Of a stretch of 64,000 bases of DNA, positions 50,096 to 63,065 are shown piece by piece. A model generated the notes under the pieces. That model was given only the letters and a program-made list of their open reading frames with translations. It made no database searches and had not been told where the DNA came from. Position 1 is the stretch's first letter; every line of letters begins with the position of its first letter. Source of the stretch: Haliotis rubra (Eukaryota); the NCBI RefSeq assembly GCF_003918875.1, contig NW_025767603.1, positions 186,001-250,000 of the forward strand, given 5' to 3'. Both the position numbers and the translations under genes were made by a program.

Positions 50096-50702
50096 CATCC
50101 TCGATAATCTCCAGGGTATACGTTCCGATAAATCTCCACTAACCCTGGCTTGAGCCCATGATTTTATTACCTCCCTTTGCTGGCTCCGCATTCTCACAGT
50201 AGCCAATCAGATAAGCCGCTCTTACAACCGAGCTCACGGGTGTCAACAAAGATAGCGGTCGCAGCCGTGAAAGTTTGTTCGCAGTGCGACTCAGATTTTG
50301 GGTGAAAACATACAGACTGACTGACTGACTGAGTTTGGTTTTACGCGCTTTTAGCAATATTCCAGCAACATCACGGCGGGGGACACCAGAAATGGGCTTC
50401 ACAGAAAACATACAGACAAATTGACAGGTCTGAAATCTTAAATAAATATATAGAAGAACTCATTATACCTCTTTCAGAGTACATCTGCAACAATATATTA
50501 TTGTGTTGCCAAGTTTAATCGGTTTGGTAATTTAAAAAGCGAAAGTGAGTTGTGATTGGCACGCTCAACTTCCCAGCGTTGACACCTGATTGGATAAAAA
50601 GCCAACCAAGGGAGGTAATAAAATTATCGGCTCGAGCTGTATATGCCTCCAGGGTATAGTGGAGGTTTATCCGAACGTATACCCTGGAGGTGATCGAAGA
50701 TG
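50096..50702. mobile_element. MITE with ~90-bp imperfect TIRs containing a family-B SINE 3' fragment (50325-50403, minus)
   Basis: ctccagggtatacgttc.gataaa.ctccacta and its inverse; attttattacctccctt / gggaggtaataaaat. Confidence 0.75.
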
Positions 50703-50974
50703 AGGGCAAGCTAAAGATAATCAGAATTATTTTCATATGGACTGAATATTGTCTCCGTTGAAACTTTTCTAGTATGATTCTGTAATGCTTCAGCTTACGA
50801 AATCAAAACTCACCTTGATATCACTGGATACCATTATATCACTACATGTTAACCATGATATGCCTAAATGTTGACCTTGATATCAGTGAATATTCATCAT
50901 GATTGCACTGATATTATTCTTAATATTTTTGTATATATATATTCACCTTTATATGATCTGATACTTAAGTTGAT

Positions 50975-51140
50975 ATGGCTAGATATTCACTTTGAAATGA
51001 CTAGATATTCACTTTGAAATAACTATATGTTAACCTAGATTTGACAAGATGTTAACCTTGATTTGACTAGATGTTAACCTTGATTTGACAAGATGTTAAT
51101 CTTGATTTGACTAGATGTTAACCTTGATTTGACAAGATAT
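50975..51140. repeat. 22-bp minisatellite
   Basis: (gatgttaaccttgatttgacwa)n directly upstream of the 51154/51165 acceptor. Confidence 0.85.
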
Positions 51141-51164
51141 TGTTGTCCTCCAGTGATATTTCAG

Positions 51165-51248
51165 GGAGAATGGGTCTCTATGTTACAGGAAGCTGTAGAT
51201 GGTGGTGGTAATACATTAACATGCAGACACATCAGCCCAAATCACCAA
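51165..51248 (+). CDS. CARD-CC protein, probable linker exon
   Basis: tttcag|GGA ... CAA|gtaagt (strong donor), phase 0-0. GEWVSMLQEAVDGGGNTLTCRHISPNHQ. An alternative acceptor lies at 51154. Confidence 0.55.
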
Positions 51249-51560
51249 GTAAGTTACCAGGCTATATTTATCGAAATTTGCTTGTCAATCCATTTTGTGA
51301 ACATATGATGTATTTATTTACTGTAAAAGTAGAAAACTTCATTCATTTGATAATACATTTTGCATATATATCAATTATTGAAGTTTTATTGAAGTCGTTG
51401 ATAGGCAGTTAGAAGATCATATTGTCGTTAAACTTTCATTCGCCAGATGACAGGGCAAAAAATTGCCCTGAAATGATGTTACAAGCATTATAGATGTTGT
51501 TGTCAAAAAGAAGTTTCATATTTAAATTTGTATGCCCTAATGAGAATTTCTGTATTGCAG

Positions 51561-51621
51561 AGACTATCCCCAGAGTCTGTTCGCCCCACACCACTGCCAC
51601 TTCTAAAGACTGCACGAGGAG
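51561..51621 (+). CDS. CARD-CC protein, Pro/Ser-rich linker exon
   Basis: tgtattgcag|AGA ... GGA G|gtatga, phase 0 to 1. RLSPESVRPTPLPLLKTARG. Confidence 0.6.
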
Positions 51622-51779
51622 GTATGATTCCCGGATGTAGCATTGATTTTCACAGTCTGTCCCTCTCATCCAGTCCTATCCTTCCACATCAGGTATCTAG
51701 CTCCTCTGTACATCCTGCTGCAAGCTGTCTTGGCCCTTAGGAAGATGTGTCCTAGAACCTGTAAGACCATGTGAAGCAT

Positions 51780-52540
51780 AGATTAACAAGTATAGTCCCT
51801 GTCTTTGAGATGTTGTGTAGGCTCACAAGCATAGACCCTGACTTTGAGATCTGTTGTAGGCTCACAAGCATAGACCCTGACTTAGAGATCTGTTGTAGGC
51901 TCACAAGCATAGACCCTGACTTTGAGATCTGTTGTAGGCTCACAAGCATAGACCCTGATTTGCAAACCAAGTGTACAGTAGCCTCACAAGCATAGTTCCT
52001 GTCTTTCAGATCTGTTGTAGCTTCACAAGCATGGACCCTGACTTTCAGATCAGTTGTAGCTTCACAAGCATAGTTCCTGACTTTCAGATCTGTTCTAGGT
52101 TCACAAGCATAGTTCCTGACTTTGAGATCTGTTGTAGCTTCACAAGCATAGTCCCTGACTTTGAGATCTGTTGTAGCTTCACAAGCATAGTCCCTGACTT
52201 TGAGATCTGTTGTAGCTTCACAAGCATAGACCCTGACTTTGAGATCTGTTGTAGCTTTACAAGCATAGTCCCTGAGTTTCGGATCTGTTGTAGCTTCACA
52301 AGCATAGTCCCTGACTTTGAGATCTGTTGTAGCTTCACAAGCATAGTCCCTGACTTTGAGATCTGTTGTAGCTTTACAAGCATAGTCCCTGAGTTTCAGA
52401 TCTGTTGTAGCTTCTCAAGGATAGTCCCTGAGTTTCAGATCTGTTGTAGCTTCAAAAGCACAGACCCTGACTTTCAGATCTGTTGTAGCTTCACAATCAT
52501 ATTCCTTGACTTTGTGATCTGTTGTAGACTCACAAACATA
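51780..52540. repeat. 39-bp minisatellite
   Basis: (tcacaagcatagtccctgactttgagatctgttgtagct)n. Confidence 0.95.
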
Positions 52541-52545
52541 TACAA

Positions 52546-53370
52546 GAAACATGGCCTTCTGGATTGTTGAACCCCTAGTTTCTGGACAGGTGCAAAATAT
52601 GGCCTTCTGTATTGTTGAACCCCTAGTTTCTGGACAGGTGCAAAATATGGCCTTCTGTATTGTTGAACCCCTAGTTTCTTTCCAGGTGCAAAATATGGCC
52701 TTCTGTATTGTCGAACCCCTAGTTTCTGGACAGGTGCAAAATATGGCCTTCTGTATTGTTGGACCCCAAGTTTCTGGACAGGTGCAAAATATGGCCTTCT
52801 GTATTGTTGGACCCCAAGTTTCTTTCCAGGTGGAAAATATGGCCTTCTGTATTGTCGAACCCCTAGTTTCTGGACAGGTGCAAAATATGGCCTTCTGTAT
52901 TGTTGGACCCCAAGTTTCTGGACAGGTGCAAAATATGGCCTTCTGTATTGTTGGACCCCAAGTTTCTGGACAGGTGCAAAATATGGCCTTCTGTATTGTT
53001 GGACCCCTAGTTTCTTTCCAGGTGCAAAATATGGCCTTCTATATTGTCGAACCCCTAGCTTCTGGACAGGTGAAAAATATGGCCTTCTGTATTGTTAAAC
53101 CCCTAGTTTCTGGACAGGTGCAAAATATGGCCTTCTGTATTGTTAAACCCCTAGATTCTGGACAGGTGGAAAATATGGCCTTCTGAATTGTTGGACCCCT
53201 AGTTTCTGGACAGGTGCAAAACATGGTCTTTTGTATTGTTGGACCCCTAGTTTCTGGTCAGGTGCACAACTTGGCCTTCTGTATTGTTGGACCCCCTAGT
53301 TTCTGGACAGGTAGAAAACATGACCTTCTGTATTGTTGAACCCCTAGATTCTAGACAGGTGCAAAACATG
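52546..53370. repeat. 48-bp minisatellite
   Basis: (atggccttctgtattgttgaacccctagtttctggacaggtgcaaaat)n. Confidence 0.95.
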
Positions 53371-54004
53371 ACAGGTCAGAAATTCAGTCAATACAAAATG
53401 GTCTCATAAGAAAACTGTAGTTGGACAGAATATTGATGGGTTGTGACCACATTCAATGTGCTCATGACTCACTTGGTCATTTATTACAAGATGACTTAAA
53501 TACAACTAAATCACAATTACTCAATTTTGTCAAACACATAGTTTCCTGAAGATAATTTCAATAAATATTAAAGAGTTAATCACTTTTACTTAGACATGTG
53601 ATATGTTAATTCAGGTTAGGTTCAATGGTAACCAAATCACAGATCTGATGAAAATGCCTTATTCAGCTTTGGACTGGCTACTAAATAAAAACACAGATGG
53701 ATTCATACCACTTTCAACTTATAACCTAAATGTTTCAGTAGGGACATCATGTGACTGGTCAAATGTGATCAGCAGGACAAGTGATTGGTGAGTAGATGTG
53801 CCAAAGCAACAGCTGAATACAAATAATTTCTGTGAAGGAAAGAATATATACATGTCATCTGTTTGAATGTACGGAATACAGAGTAGAGAGATGACATCCA
53901 TAACTTTCCTTCTTAATACAAATACTTAAATAGGTTCTTAAATTTGACATTTCTGTAAATAACAAAATCAAAGGTGTTGAAAGATCAGGTGTAAAACTTT
54001 TCCA

Positions 54005-54249
54005 ATATCTCAGTCTAAGTAAACTTAGGCTCAATATTATTCGTTAGACTGCTATACTGAGTCTAACAAACCCTAGTTGAAGGTCGCGTCAGTTAACCTT
54101 TGAGCGACCCATGACCGTCCAATCAAATGTGAGACGGCCGAACGGAGTTAACCAATCAGAAAACGGCTTCTATTTTACTGTTCAGTGAGACTTACAAAAT
54201 GGTTTGGGGATTTTCTCTTCCCCCGTCACTTTACTTAGACTGCAGATAT
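54005..54249. mobile_element. Short MITE
   Basis: atatctcagtctaagtaaa / tttacttagactgcagatat inverted termini. Confidence 0.55.
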
Positions 54250-54489
54250 CTGTGCCGATTTGTTAGTTGAAGTTATGGCATCACACTGCTGTCGTATTAA
54301 GATTCCGACCAGTGTTCACAACCAAAGTCATTGTCATCACAACAGTAGGCTGACTACAGCCCTTCACAGTCAGGTGTCGCTGGTCTCAACAGAGACCCGA
54401 GTTTGTTACCCACAAGACCATGTGAAGATCATTTCCAGATCTCTCTGCCACGGTGGTGCTTAAATAGTGCGTAAGGAGTCTGAAACCAT

Positions 54490-54830
54490 ACTCCCTCAGT
54501 TAGAGCGTCCGCCCAGAGAGCGGAAAGTCGCGGGTTCCATCCACGGCCGCATCATACCAAAAGACGTTAAAATATGGTACTTGTTGTTCCCTGCCTGGCT
54601 CTCGGCATTAATGGGTACAACAAGGACTGGTCGGCTCGGAGTCAGTATAATGTGTCTGAGTGGGTTATTCATGCTTCACTGCGGCATGGTATCTCAGTGA
54701 GCTGGCACTATAAAACCAGCTTAAGTCTGGGCCAGTACAAGCAGACACACATACACATGCATGCACGTCGTCATATGAGCAAAATATTCTAAAGTGCGAC
54801 CACCAGTAACATACTCCCTCACTCACACAC
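54490..54830 (+). mobile_element. tRNA-derived SINE, family D
   Basis: tRNA-like head (cagttagagcg...gggttccatcc) and a cataccaaaagacgttaaaatatggtac core typical of conserved-domain invertebrate SINEs. Ends in an actc-like tail. Confidence 0.65.
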
Positions 54831-56319
54831 TGATATGTTTCACATTTCAAACTTCGTGGTTTGTTACTAAAATTGTTAGAACCAAATGCTCAAGTTCAGA
54901 ATTCCCGATTTCTCCTTGTTAAATGAATTCCTTTTAAGGTAATATAGTATTGTCTGTCTTTCTGTTCCCTCACTCATCGTACCTCAGTCTGTATACAGGG
55001 CTATTGTGTTATCTGTCCAATGTGCAGAGGGTGTTGACAAGGATATAAGACACAATGTGTTGGATGTTGATAACCTATCCCACCAGACAATACATCCCAT
55101 ACACAGAATGCCCGGGATCGAGGCTAGTGGGAGTCCCGTTTTTTACTCATGACTCTGTCATTGGCAACATGTTGTACTTGGACTTTAGCATCTGCTTTTT
55201 AATCCTGCTGGACTTGCCTGTCCCAGTTCCCACACACTTTGGGCAGCTGTAAACTATGATTTAGGAAATTGCGACATCCTCATGGATGTACAGACTGTGT
55301 CATAGAGCTGTCATACTGACCCAGACCGAGTCGCTGGGTATCATGATAACTTACAGCAAGACACAATGGCGTCTTATTTACTAACTCAAACAATAGCAAT
55401 TATGATATCAGAAAAATATGGCAGCAATGATGAAAGACTACAGTGATGTACCTGAAATCTGAGGTCTTTTCTTTGTTAAAAGAGTGTTTTGATATATTTC
55501 TTCAGTATGTTTGTAGTTTATATGTCTTGATTTCCCATGTAGTGATACTGCAACTTGAATCAGTTTGTGATCAAGATTATGTTATTTTCAAACATACTTC
55601 ATTTCCAGAGCTAATGACACAAATTAACTCACAATTGGTGGTTGTATTATTCACATTTAAATTGTTTCTTTGATCAAACTTTAAAAATTTTAATCATGAG
55701 CTCAAGATTTAAAACATGTGCAAGTTGAATACTTATCAGGAAGTGTTATACTACATTTGATTCCTGTCATTCTCACCTTTGCTAGCTCTGTTTCCTGTGC
55801 TGACCCTATCTCCCTAGCTTCATGTGGTGTTTCCTGATCCATGCAGTGTGAAGTGTCAACATAAGTTCCAGTAACGGACATAAACTTAATACATAAAATT
55901 GTTTGGAAACTAAATTCCTACCTTGAATTATATTCAATTTGATAAGAAAAAAAGCACATCTAATGTGGATGTGATAACTCAGAAATCACAGCATGTGAGT
56001 ATCGAATGTATAACAGTGTTGTGCACCAGTATACAGTGGATCAAACATAGTCACAGGGGTCTCTGGATACACAGCAGATTTGTAGCTTATTCATTCTTAG
56101 TGATGAACTGCTCGAGATGCAAGATCTATTTCTTGCATAGAGTTAAACTGAAATACATAACACTGTACCCAGATACATGATACATGCACAAAACATTCTT
56201 CAGTTTCTGTGATCACTGCAAGCAAACACAAATTGTGGATCGAAATGTAAAGTGTGATCCTTGCTAGTAAATATGACATGGCGTCACTCTGGATATGGTA
56301 TGATCCATGGAAGAAGGAT

Positions 56320-57145
56320 TTATATGATCCCTAACAGTAAACACAACATACAAGAGTTCATGTGATCACATCAAGTAAACACAACATACAGCAATTTATG
56401 TGATCCCTTCATGTAAACACAACAAACTAAAGTTTAAAGGAAAACTAAGTGCTATGGATAGTCAACTTCTTTAATGTTTCGGTGTAGATACTAACACCGT
56501 TATCAACGAGTATTAACACAACATACTGCAATTCATGTGATCAATAAATGCAACATGAAAAGAATTTATGTGATTCCATCAAGTAAACACAACATGCTAC
56601 AGTTTCTGTGATGCATACAACATATGACAATTTATGCGATCTTCAGTAAACACAACATGCAGTATTTTATGTGATCCCAGTGAGTAAACACAACATACAG
56701 TATTTTATGTGATCCCAGCGAGTAAACACAACATATGACAATTTGTGCGATCTTCAGTAAACAACATACAGTATTGTGATCCCAGCGAGTAAACCCAACA
56801 TATGACAATTTGTGTGATCTTCAGTAAACAACATACAGTATTGTATGTGATCTCATAGAGTAAACACAACATATGACAATTTATGTGATCTTCGGTAAAC
56901 ACAAAATGCAGTATTTTATGTGATCCCAGCGAGTAAAGACAACATACAGTATTTTATTATGTACCCATGTAAACTTAGGATAGTAATACAGGGGTACAAT
57001 ACGGAACTCGAACTCATTGTTTCTCTGCCCCCATGACATCATCTCGTTCAATACAAAACATCAAAATGCACTAGTATGACGTTCTATACATTTATGTGAT
57101 CCCAGCGAGTAAACACAACATATATCACTTCATGTGATCCTTGCA
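56320..57145. repeat. Degenerate ~36-38-bp minisatellite
   Basis: Variants of tgtgatcccagcgagtaaacacaacatacagtattt. Confidence 0.8.
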
Positions 57146-57308
57146 AACACTTACAGTTATTCAGCAGACACTGCTTACTGTCATGCACCTGAAAAAGAAA
57201 TTGTAATTTCCTTAAAAGCTCCATTCAAGAGAGGCTAGACCCATCTTGATGACTGACACAAGTTTCTGTGAGACTCCGTCTGAGAATGACCATTTTCTGT
57301 GTTATCAG

Positions 57309-57677
57309 ACACAGATCCAGCAGCAATACAGGAGGGAGCCTCGCAACAACACCCACGACAACCTGGAGTTAGTACTTTGGCGGCCACGTTCAAGACAGGG
57401 GGTGATGACCAGTCCAATGATAGCCTGATGTGTCAGCAGAGTTTCAGTGTGCGAAATACTGTAACTAGTCCATCCTGTGAACGTGATTCTACAGCAAAGG
57501 GATTAAGGCCCCTGATTGCACGCAAACCCAGGCTGAAAAATCACAGTGACTCCATGGTGGTTAATATCTCTGCATCAATGAAAAAAGTTTCTAGCACCCA
57601 AAGTCCTGCTACTGCTGATGATGACAGTGATCCAACATGTCGGAGTGATGATGATTATGATGAAGACCATCAAAGTG
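57309..57677 (+). CDS. CARD-CC protein, Ser/Asp-rich linker exon
   Basis: tgttatcag|AC in phase 1 fits the previous exon. Open 123-codon low-complexity frame (DTDPAAIQ...RSDDDYDEDHQS). Donor AGT G|gtaggg; it could instead end at TAA 57700. Confidence 0.62.
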
Positions 57678-58846
57678 GTAGGGTATATCGCCATGTATAA
57701 AGCAAGTTTTTGATACCTCGGACTAGAGGACTCTGAAGTGGGGTTGCCTTATGCATGGGTACACAATCTCACTGAGTCTTTGATTTCCTGACAGCATGTG
57801 CACTCTCTGTGAATATCTCCACTGTATACTAACAGTACCTGATCTGTAGGATGCCAGAACATGAATATCTCAGTGTTATTAATACAACTAAACAAGCATT
57901 ACAGAGTGTGTATTATTCACGGAGAAGAGGTATTTGGCATTTATTAGACTGTACCAGATTATCAATCAGTTTCTCAATTGTTTTATGATATGCATATATA
58001 ATATGAATTAATTTAAATATTCATATTTAATCAAACTACTTCAAACCTTCAAATATTATGGTTTGTAACCTTAAAAGGTAAATTGTGCACATACATTAAG
58101 AAGTCATGAAGGAGAGATGTATTAACTATTTTTGTGTGATTTGGTGCGCTTGTCGTGGCATGTGTATGACACTCATTTCTGTTTGTCTATCACTAACAGT
58201 TTCCATTTCTTTTGTGTGCACTGTGATATGGCTGAATAATTGTTAAAGTTAAAACAATACTTACTCAATCACTCACTTTAAATGAGTTTGACCTTTTTGT
58301 GACATGACATATATCAGTTTGGCGAAAAAATGAATACTACAGTACGCCAAACTCTCTTCATAATTAGATCAATATAGTTCCTCTTAAAGCATCTTTTGTT
58401 ATATGAGATTTATTTATATCATAAAATATATTATTTATTGGAGCTCACGATTAGCTGGACTTGCATGCAGCCTGTGTTGTCTGCGTGGGTGTTTGCATTT
58501 CCAACAACTTGTTTTTTGTTGTGATGTGGCTTTGACTTTGTTATTGACAATGTTGCTTCTTGTGATTGTTGGGGAAAGGGGGTGTTTATATCGCACAAAT
58601 AGTCATGCCTGCATTTTTTTACTGTAAGGGTAAGAATAACAGTTACTATGACAATAGTTCAATACAATCATTCCGTCCACCGTGGCACTGAATTACGTAG
58701 GTGCTTAGATGGAGCCTAGTGACAAAAGCTTTTGTACGTCACGCCACACCAAATGCCTGTTTCTGGTTTCGCCTGCCATGATATTGCTGGAACGTTGCTG
58801 AAAGCAGTGTTAAGCCATACTCAGTCTATTAGGCATTTGGCAGATA

Positions 58847-59240
58847 AGCGGCCTTCACACGGCAAACTAAAGTTTGACTACACATGTCAAACTCGAGTTT
58901 GAGGGTGTGAACATTCCAACAACTCGCCAACAACACCAATTTCAGAGTTGTCAAACTGTTGTCGAGAAATATGATCGGTCTCTATTCTCACCAACTTTTC
59001 CATCACACTTTCGGTGTTGTCAAACTCGATTGACGTCTGAAGTGTTGTAAAACTTGTGTTGTTCAGAAACAACCAATCGCAGTCAACGAAATTGTCACGT
59101 GACCGCACTGATAAAGACATGGCGCTCAAATGACAAGAAAGTTTGACAACATGTGTTTGACATGTGAAAACACGAGTTTGACAACTTTTATAATTTCATC
59201 AACATGTGTTGTCAAACTTTAGTTTGCCGTGAAGGCAGCT
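58847..59240. mobile_element. PIF/Harbinger-like MITE
   Basis: gccttcacacggcaaactaaagtttgac / gtcaaactttagtttgccgtgaaggc TIRs, internal tgtcaaac repeats. Confidence 0.75.
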
Positions 59241-61625
59241 ATACATCATACATACATCACTTAAGTCCACCATCGGCCCCTTGATGATGGATGGGATCGG
59301 CTTCATCCAGGAACATCACACCGGTCAAGGTTTTCACTGTCTAAGTACTTGGTAATTGATGTACACAACTAATACGAATAATACTCATTTAATCTATATA
59401 TATCTCACCAGCTAAATCTTCTGATATCAAGATGTGCATTCGCACAAATCTAGATGTATCAATAAAAATTAAAGCTACATTTTCTTATGTTGTTGTTAAA
59501 GTTCAGCATGAGCACAAGTGTATCTCCTTTGCTTCTCTGTCTCAGAGTGTTCTGGCTTTGAATAACAAAATTATAGTTTGCAAATTTTGGTATGAATCTG
59601 CATAATCCATTATATACCAACCAGGCAAAGTCTGTCATTATATAGGTGATCAAAGTGCATGGGCCAGGTTAAGATGGCAGTCCGCATTGTGAGACAGATA
59701 ACAAGGTTTCACTTTATGTTGAAATCCTCAATCATCTTGGAGGGGCCATTGGCCATTATAGGATAGAAAATAGGTGTCACATTACTTTGTAATCATCAAG
59801 CACCTTGGAGAAGCCATTGTTGAACAGAAAAACAGGTTTCACATGAAGTTGTAATTATTGAATATCTTGGAGTAGCCAATAATACTGGTACTAAGATTTA
59901 TGATGCTCTTATTGCTTAAACTCTTTCGTTGAAGAGCCCTGGATCTCATTAGGTATTGCATGGTACCTATATGTCAAGGGTGGACTCATTCATTGTCTAC
60001 TGGAGATAACTTTCAGGATACCATGTCAGGCTGTCGCTGGGGTGTTGTTCCAATCAGCCATATATAAACCATTTTAAGTAATCTAACAATAATTACAAAA
60101 ATATAACATTGGAATAAAAACGAAGGCGATTGCAGCGCCATTCTAAGGGAGCTAACTCTATTCTACTGTAGGGGTACGTGAAAGGTGAAGTTGTGGTCAA
60201 AGAAAGGTAACTCTTGTCCTAACTCAAATTATATTATATGACATAAAATAACACCTGGACACTACTGGATGAGTGATAAGAACACCTTCAAGTGGGGAAT
60301 GCATCAACGGCCATGTCATCTGAAGCACCAACATGTTATGTGCAGAGTTGCAACTCTTAGTTGTATCAGGTTCTGCTGCTCTTGGGTCCAAATTCAAAAG
60401 TTGCACTCATTATGATGTTTGGTTGTCAACTCCATACCCTTGCTTTTGACCTTGTACCAGATTGATCAACTCCATGACTGCATCACTGTAATTTGACATG
60501 ATATCATAGAAATACAGTTCACAGTGTTTAAAACCTGATACTCAGTCTGTGCATGTGTTCCCAACACCACAATGCCAATGTGAAACATCATTAACTGGAA
60601 GTGCTCATAAAATCTTAAATAATCAGTGAGTCTCACTTTCATCATGTTCCTGAAGCCATTCCCAAAGCAGCTGTCTCTTTCAGTTCCAGGCCCATTAATT
60701 TCCATTTACCCTGTCTCATCCTCTAATATCTCCACATTCCAGCTCTTCCACACTATATATAAATATATAACCAGTTCACCTTCCTGAAACTTAACATAGG
60801 CACAGCTTCATTTCATATCTCTGCATCTACATATACAGGTATTGCATGCTTGTCACCGACTCCCTTTCTATGGTGGTCCTTAACTCCTTTGAGTAGCATA
60901 ACATTGTCAACATTTTAAAAACCTTTTAATTCCAAGCCCTTATCTTTAAGTAAACCAAATATTTCATTTGATAATGTATAATTTATCAATAGTAATGAAA
61001 TCCTTAGATAGATATTAGATATTAAAACTGATTAATTCACACTTGAGGAAGTTCGACTCTAGACACTTTACCAAGGCAGTGTTGTGTGGTTGAAAATGTG
61101 TTAGTCTCACAGTGGTGACTTTAAACACATTGACAAACTTGTGATATAGTAAAGTATTGGAATCACCAAAGGCTCTTGGACCGCTGTAAAGGTGGACGTA
61201 CATTGTTGAGAACAGGGATCAACTTTTAGTCACTCATGCCAACCTCTCATGGTTAAGGGCAGGCATACTGAAAACATTATGAGATTAGTTATTAGATGAA
61301 AACCCCAAAACGCTTACATTCTTAAGGTGCTGGAAAGCATGGGACAGATTTGTCTGAAGGAAGATTGTGTGTTGGCTGTCCAGACAGTTGGCACCTCATT
61401 GCCTTGGTATATTTGTTCTTCCTCTAGGCGAGGCTATAGTTTAGGGCAGGAAGTGATAAAGCAGGTATGCCTAGCTTATTTTCTGACTGAAATGGTAGGG
61501 TCGTGCATCAATATGTGGGAATTCTGACAGAAACATTAGGATGGTGTATCTATATGCTGGCTGCAGGGATTCTGTCAAGTAACCCATGCTTGTCCTTGTA
61601 CATGTGTTGTAGCTCATACAATAAT

Positions 61626-61953
61626 GACCCGTCAAGGTCCGGGTTAGAATGAACCTTCAGTAACCCATGCTTGTCTCAACCCGTGAAGGTCCGGGTTAGA
61701 ATGAACCTTCGGTAACCCATGCTTGTCTCAACCCGTGAAGGTCCGGGTTAGAATGAACCTTCGGTAACCCATGCTTGTCGTAAGAGGTGACTAACGGGAT
61801 CAGGTGCTCAGGCTCGCTGGCGTGGTTGCCAATTGCCAAGATCGATGCTCATGCTGTTGATCACTGGATTGTCTGGTCCAGACTCGATTATTTACAGACC
61901 GCCGCCATATAGCTGGAAATTTGCTGAGTGCGGCATAAAACTGAACTCACTCA
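61626..61953 (+). mobile_element. SINE-like element, family A, with triplicated 5' ~52 bp
   Basis: TSD ctcatacaataat. acccgtgaaggtccgggttagaatgaaccttc.gtaacccatgcttgtc occurs three times. Confidence 0.88.
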
Positions 61954-62296
61954 CTCATACAATAATTTTGGATCAATGGTTAGGCGAGTTCACTGGACTA
62001 AGTGTGTGTTGCCACTATCCAAAGGCCTATTCAATAGTTCACAGCATCAGTTAGTGGTTTCTTCTTTTGGTCCGGCTGACATACAAAACTCCCAGGAAGG
62101 TTGTGATGTGGTGTTAAGCAGCAAACAGACAAAAGCAGCATATGTTTACACTGGTTGCATGGCCTTGCAGTGTGTGATGTTGCATGTACTGACGATGTTT
62201 GTTTGTCCATGTCAGCTGACCCAGTGTGATGGCCTGCAATTACAAGTACATGTTGTTGGTTTGACGAATGGTTTCTGACATGACTTATGGTTTCAG

Positions 62297-62417
62297 GCAG
62301 TGGATTCAGCATTGATCAAGAAACTTCATCATCTGGGTCGTCGGATGTGCAGCGTGATGCAGACGTCTTTTGTATCCGTAGCGACCTCCTGCCGGCGGAC
62401 TCTCAATACCTACGCTG
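62297..62417 (+). CDS. Possible further linker exon of the CARD-CC gene
   Basis: ggtttcag|GC in phase 1 fits 57677. GSGFSIDQETSSSGSSDVQRDADVFCIRSDLLPADSQYLR. The donor TG|gtacat is uncertain. Confidence 0.45.
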
Positions 62418-63065
62418 GTACATCTACATTCTCTCTCACATTGCATGTACACGTCTTTACACTGTAACTCATCTTTCTCTATGTTACAGTATTTAGCGAG
62501 CACCTTCTGAAGCCTGATTTTCACGGATCCATACAGATTTTGTTCAATGCTTTTGGCATTTTACATGCAATGGAATCATCTTTTAGATAATCACAACTTA
62601 ATATGCAGCAGTGTTGATGGTTTGTCTTATCAGGAAAATTTCTAAAATCATTGTAAGTTTCATGTGAACAAGAATCTATGTACATGGAAGATTTGAAGAA
62701 ATGACAGTGAAGCGGGTCTGTTATTGCAGACATTTTCATCTGTAGTTGCCTCATCTGCATTAAGAAAAAAAACATGATTCACACTTACACTTAAACGAAC
62801 TTGCAATCTGAACCCAGATAGACAAAGCAGAAGTAAGTGATACCTGTCTATGGAAGTACCCTGCTGTGTGTGGAATATCATGTTGTGTCCGGATGTCCAT
62901 GTTTGTGGAACAACCCTCGCTCTATTTGAAACATCCCGTTTTGGCGTGCATATGCTGTGTATAGAAGGCTTTTCTTGTGTTCTCATGTGGTGTGTGTGTT
63001 TGTGGGAGAACAGCTCTGTGTCCAGTGTTCTTTTTGGTTTTCTTGGATGCATGTTTGTAGAACAA

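Noticed and set aside
51971-53186. 199-aa and 211-aa repeat ORFs
   Set aside because: Frames stay open only because the units are 39 and 48 bp. The flanking exons (51621>57309) join in phase without them.
60440-60880. Possible RTE-like LINE remnant on the minus strand
   Set aside because: Only faint motif resemblance, too degraded to support without a search.
62730-62831. Candidate exon ending at a strong gtaagt donor
   Set aside because: From the tgcag acceptor all three frames hit stops, so it could not be fitted to the chain.
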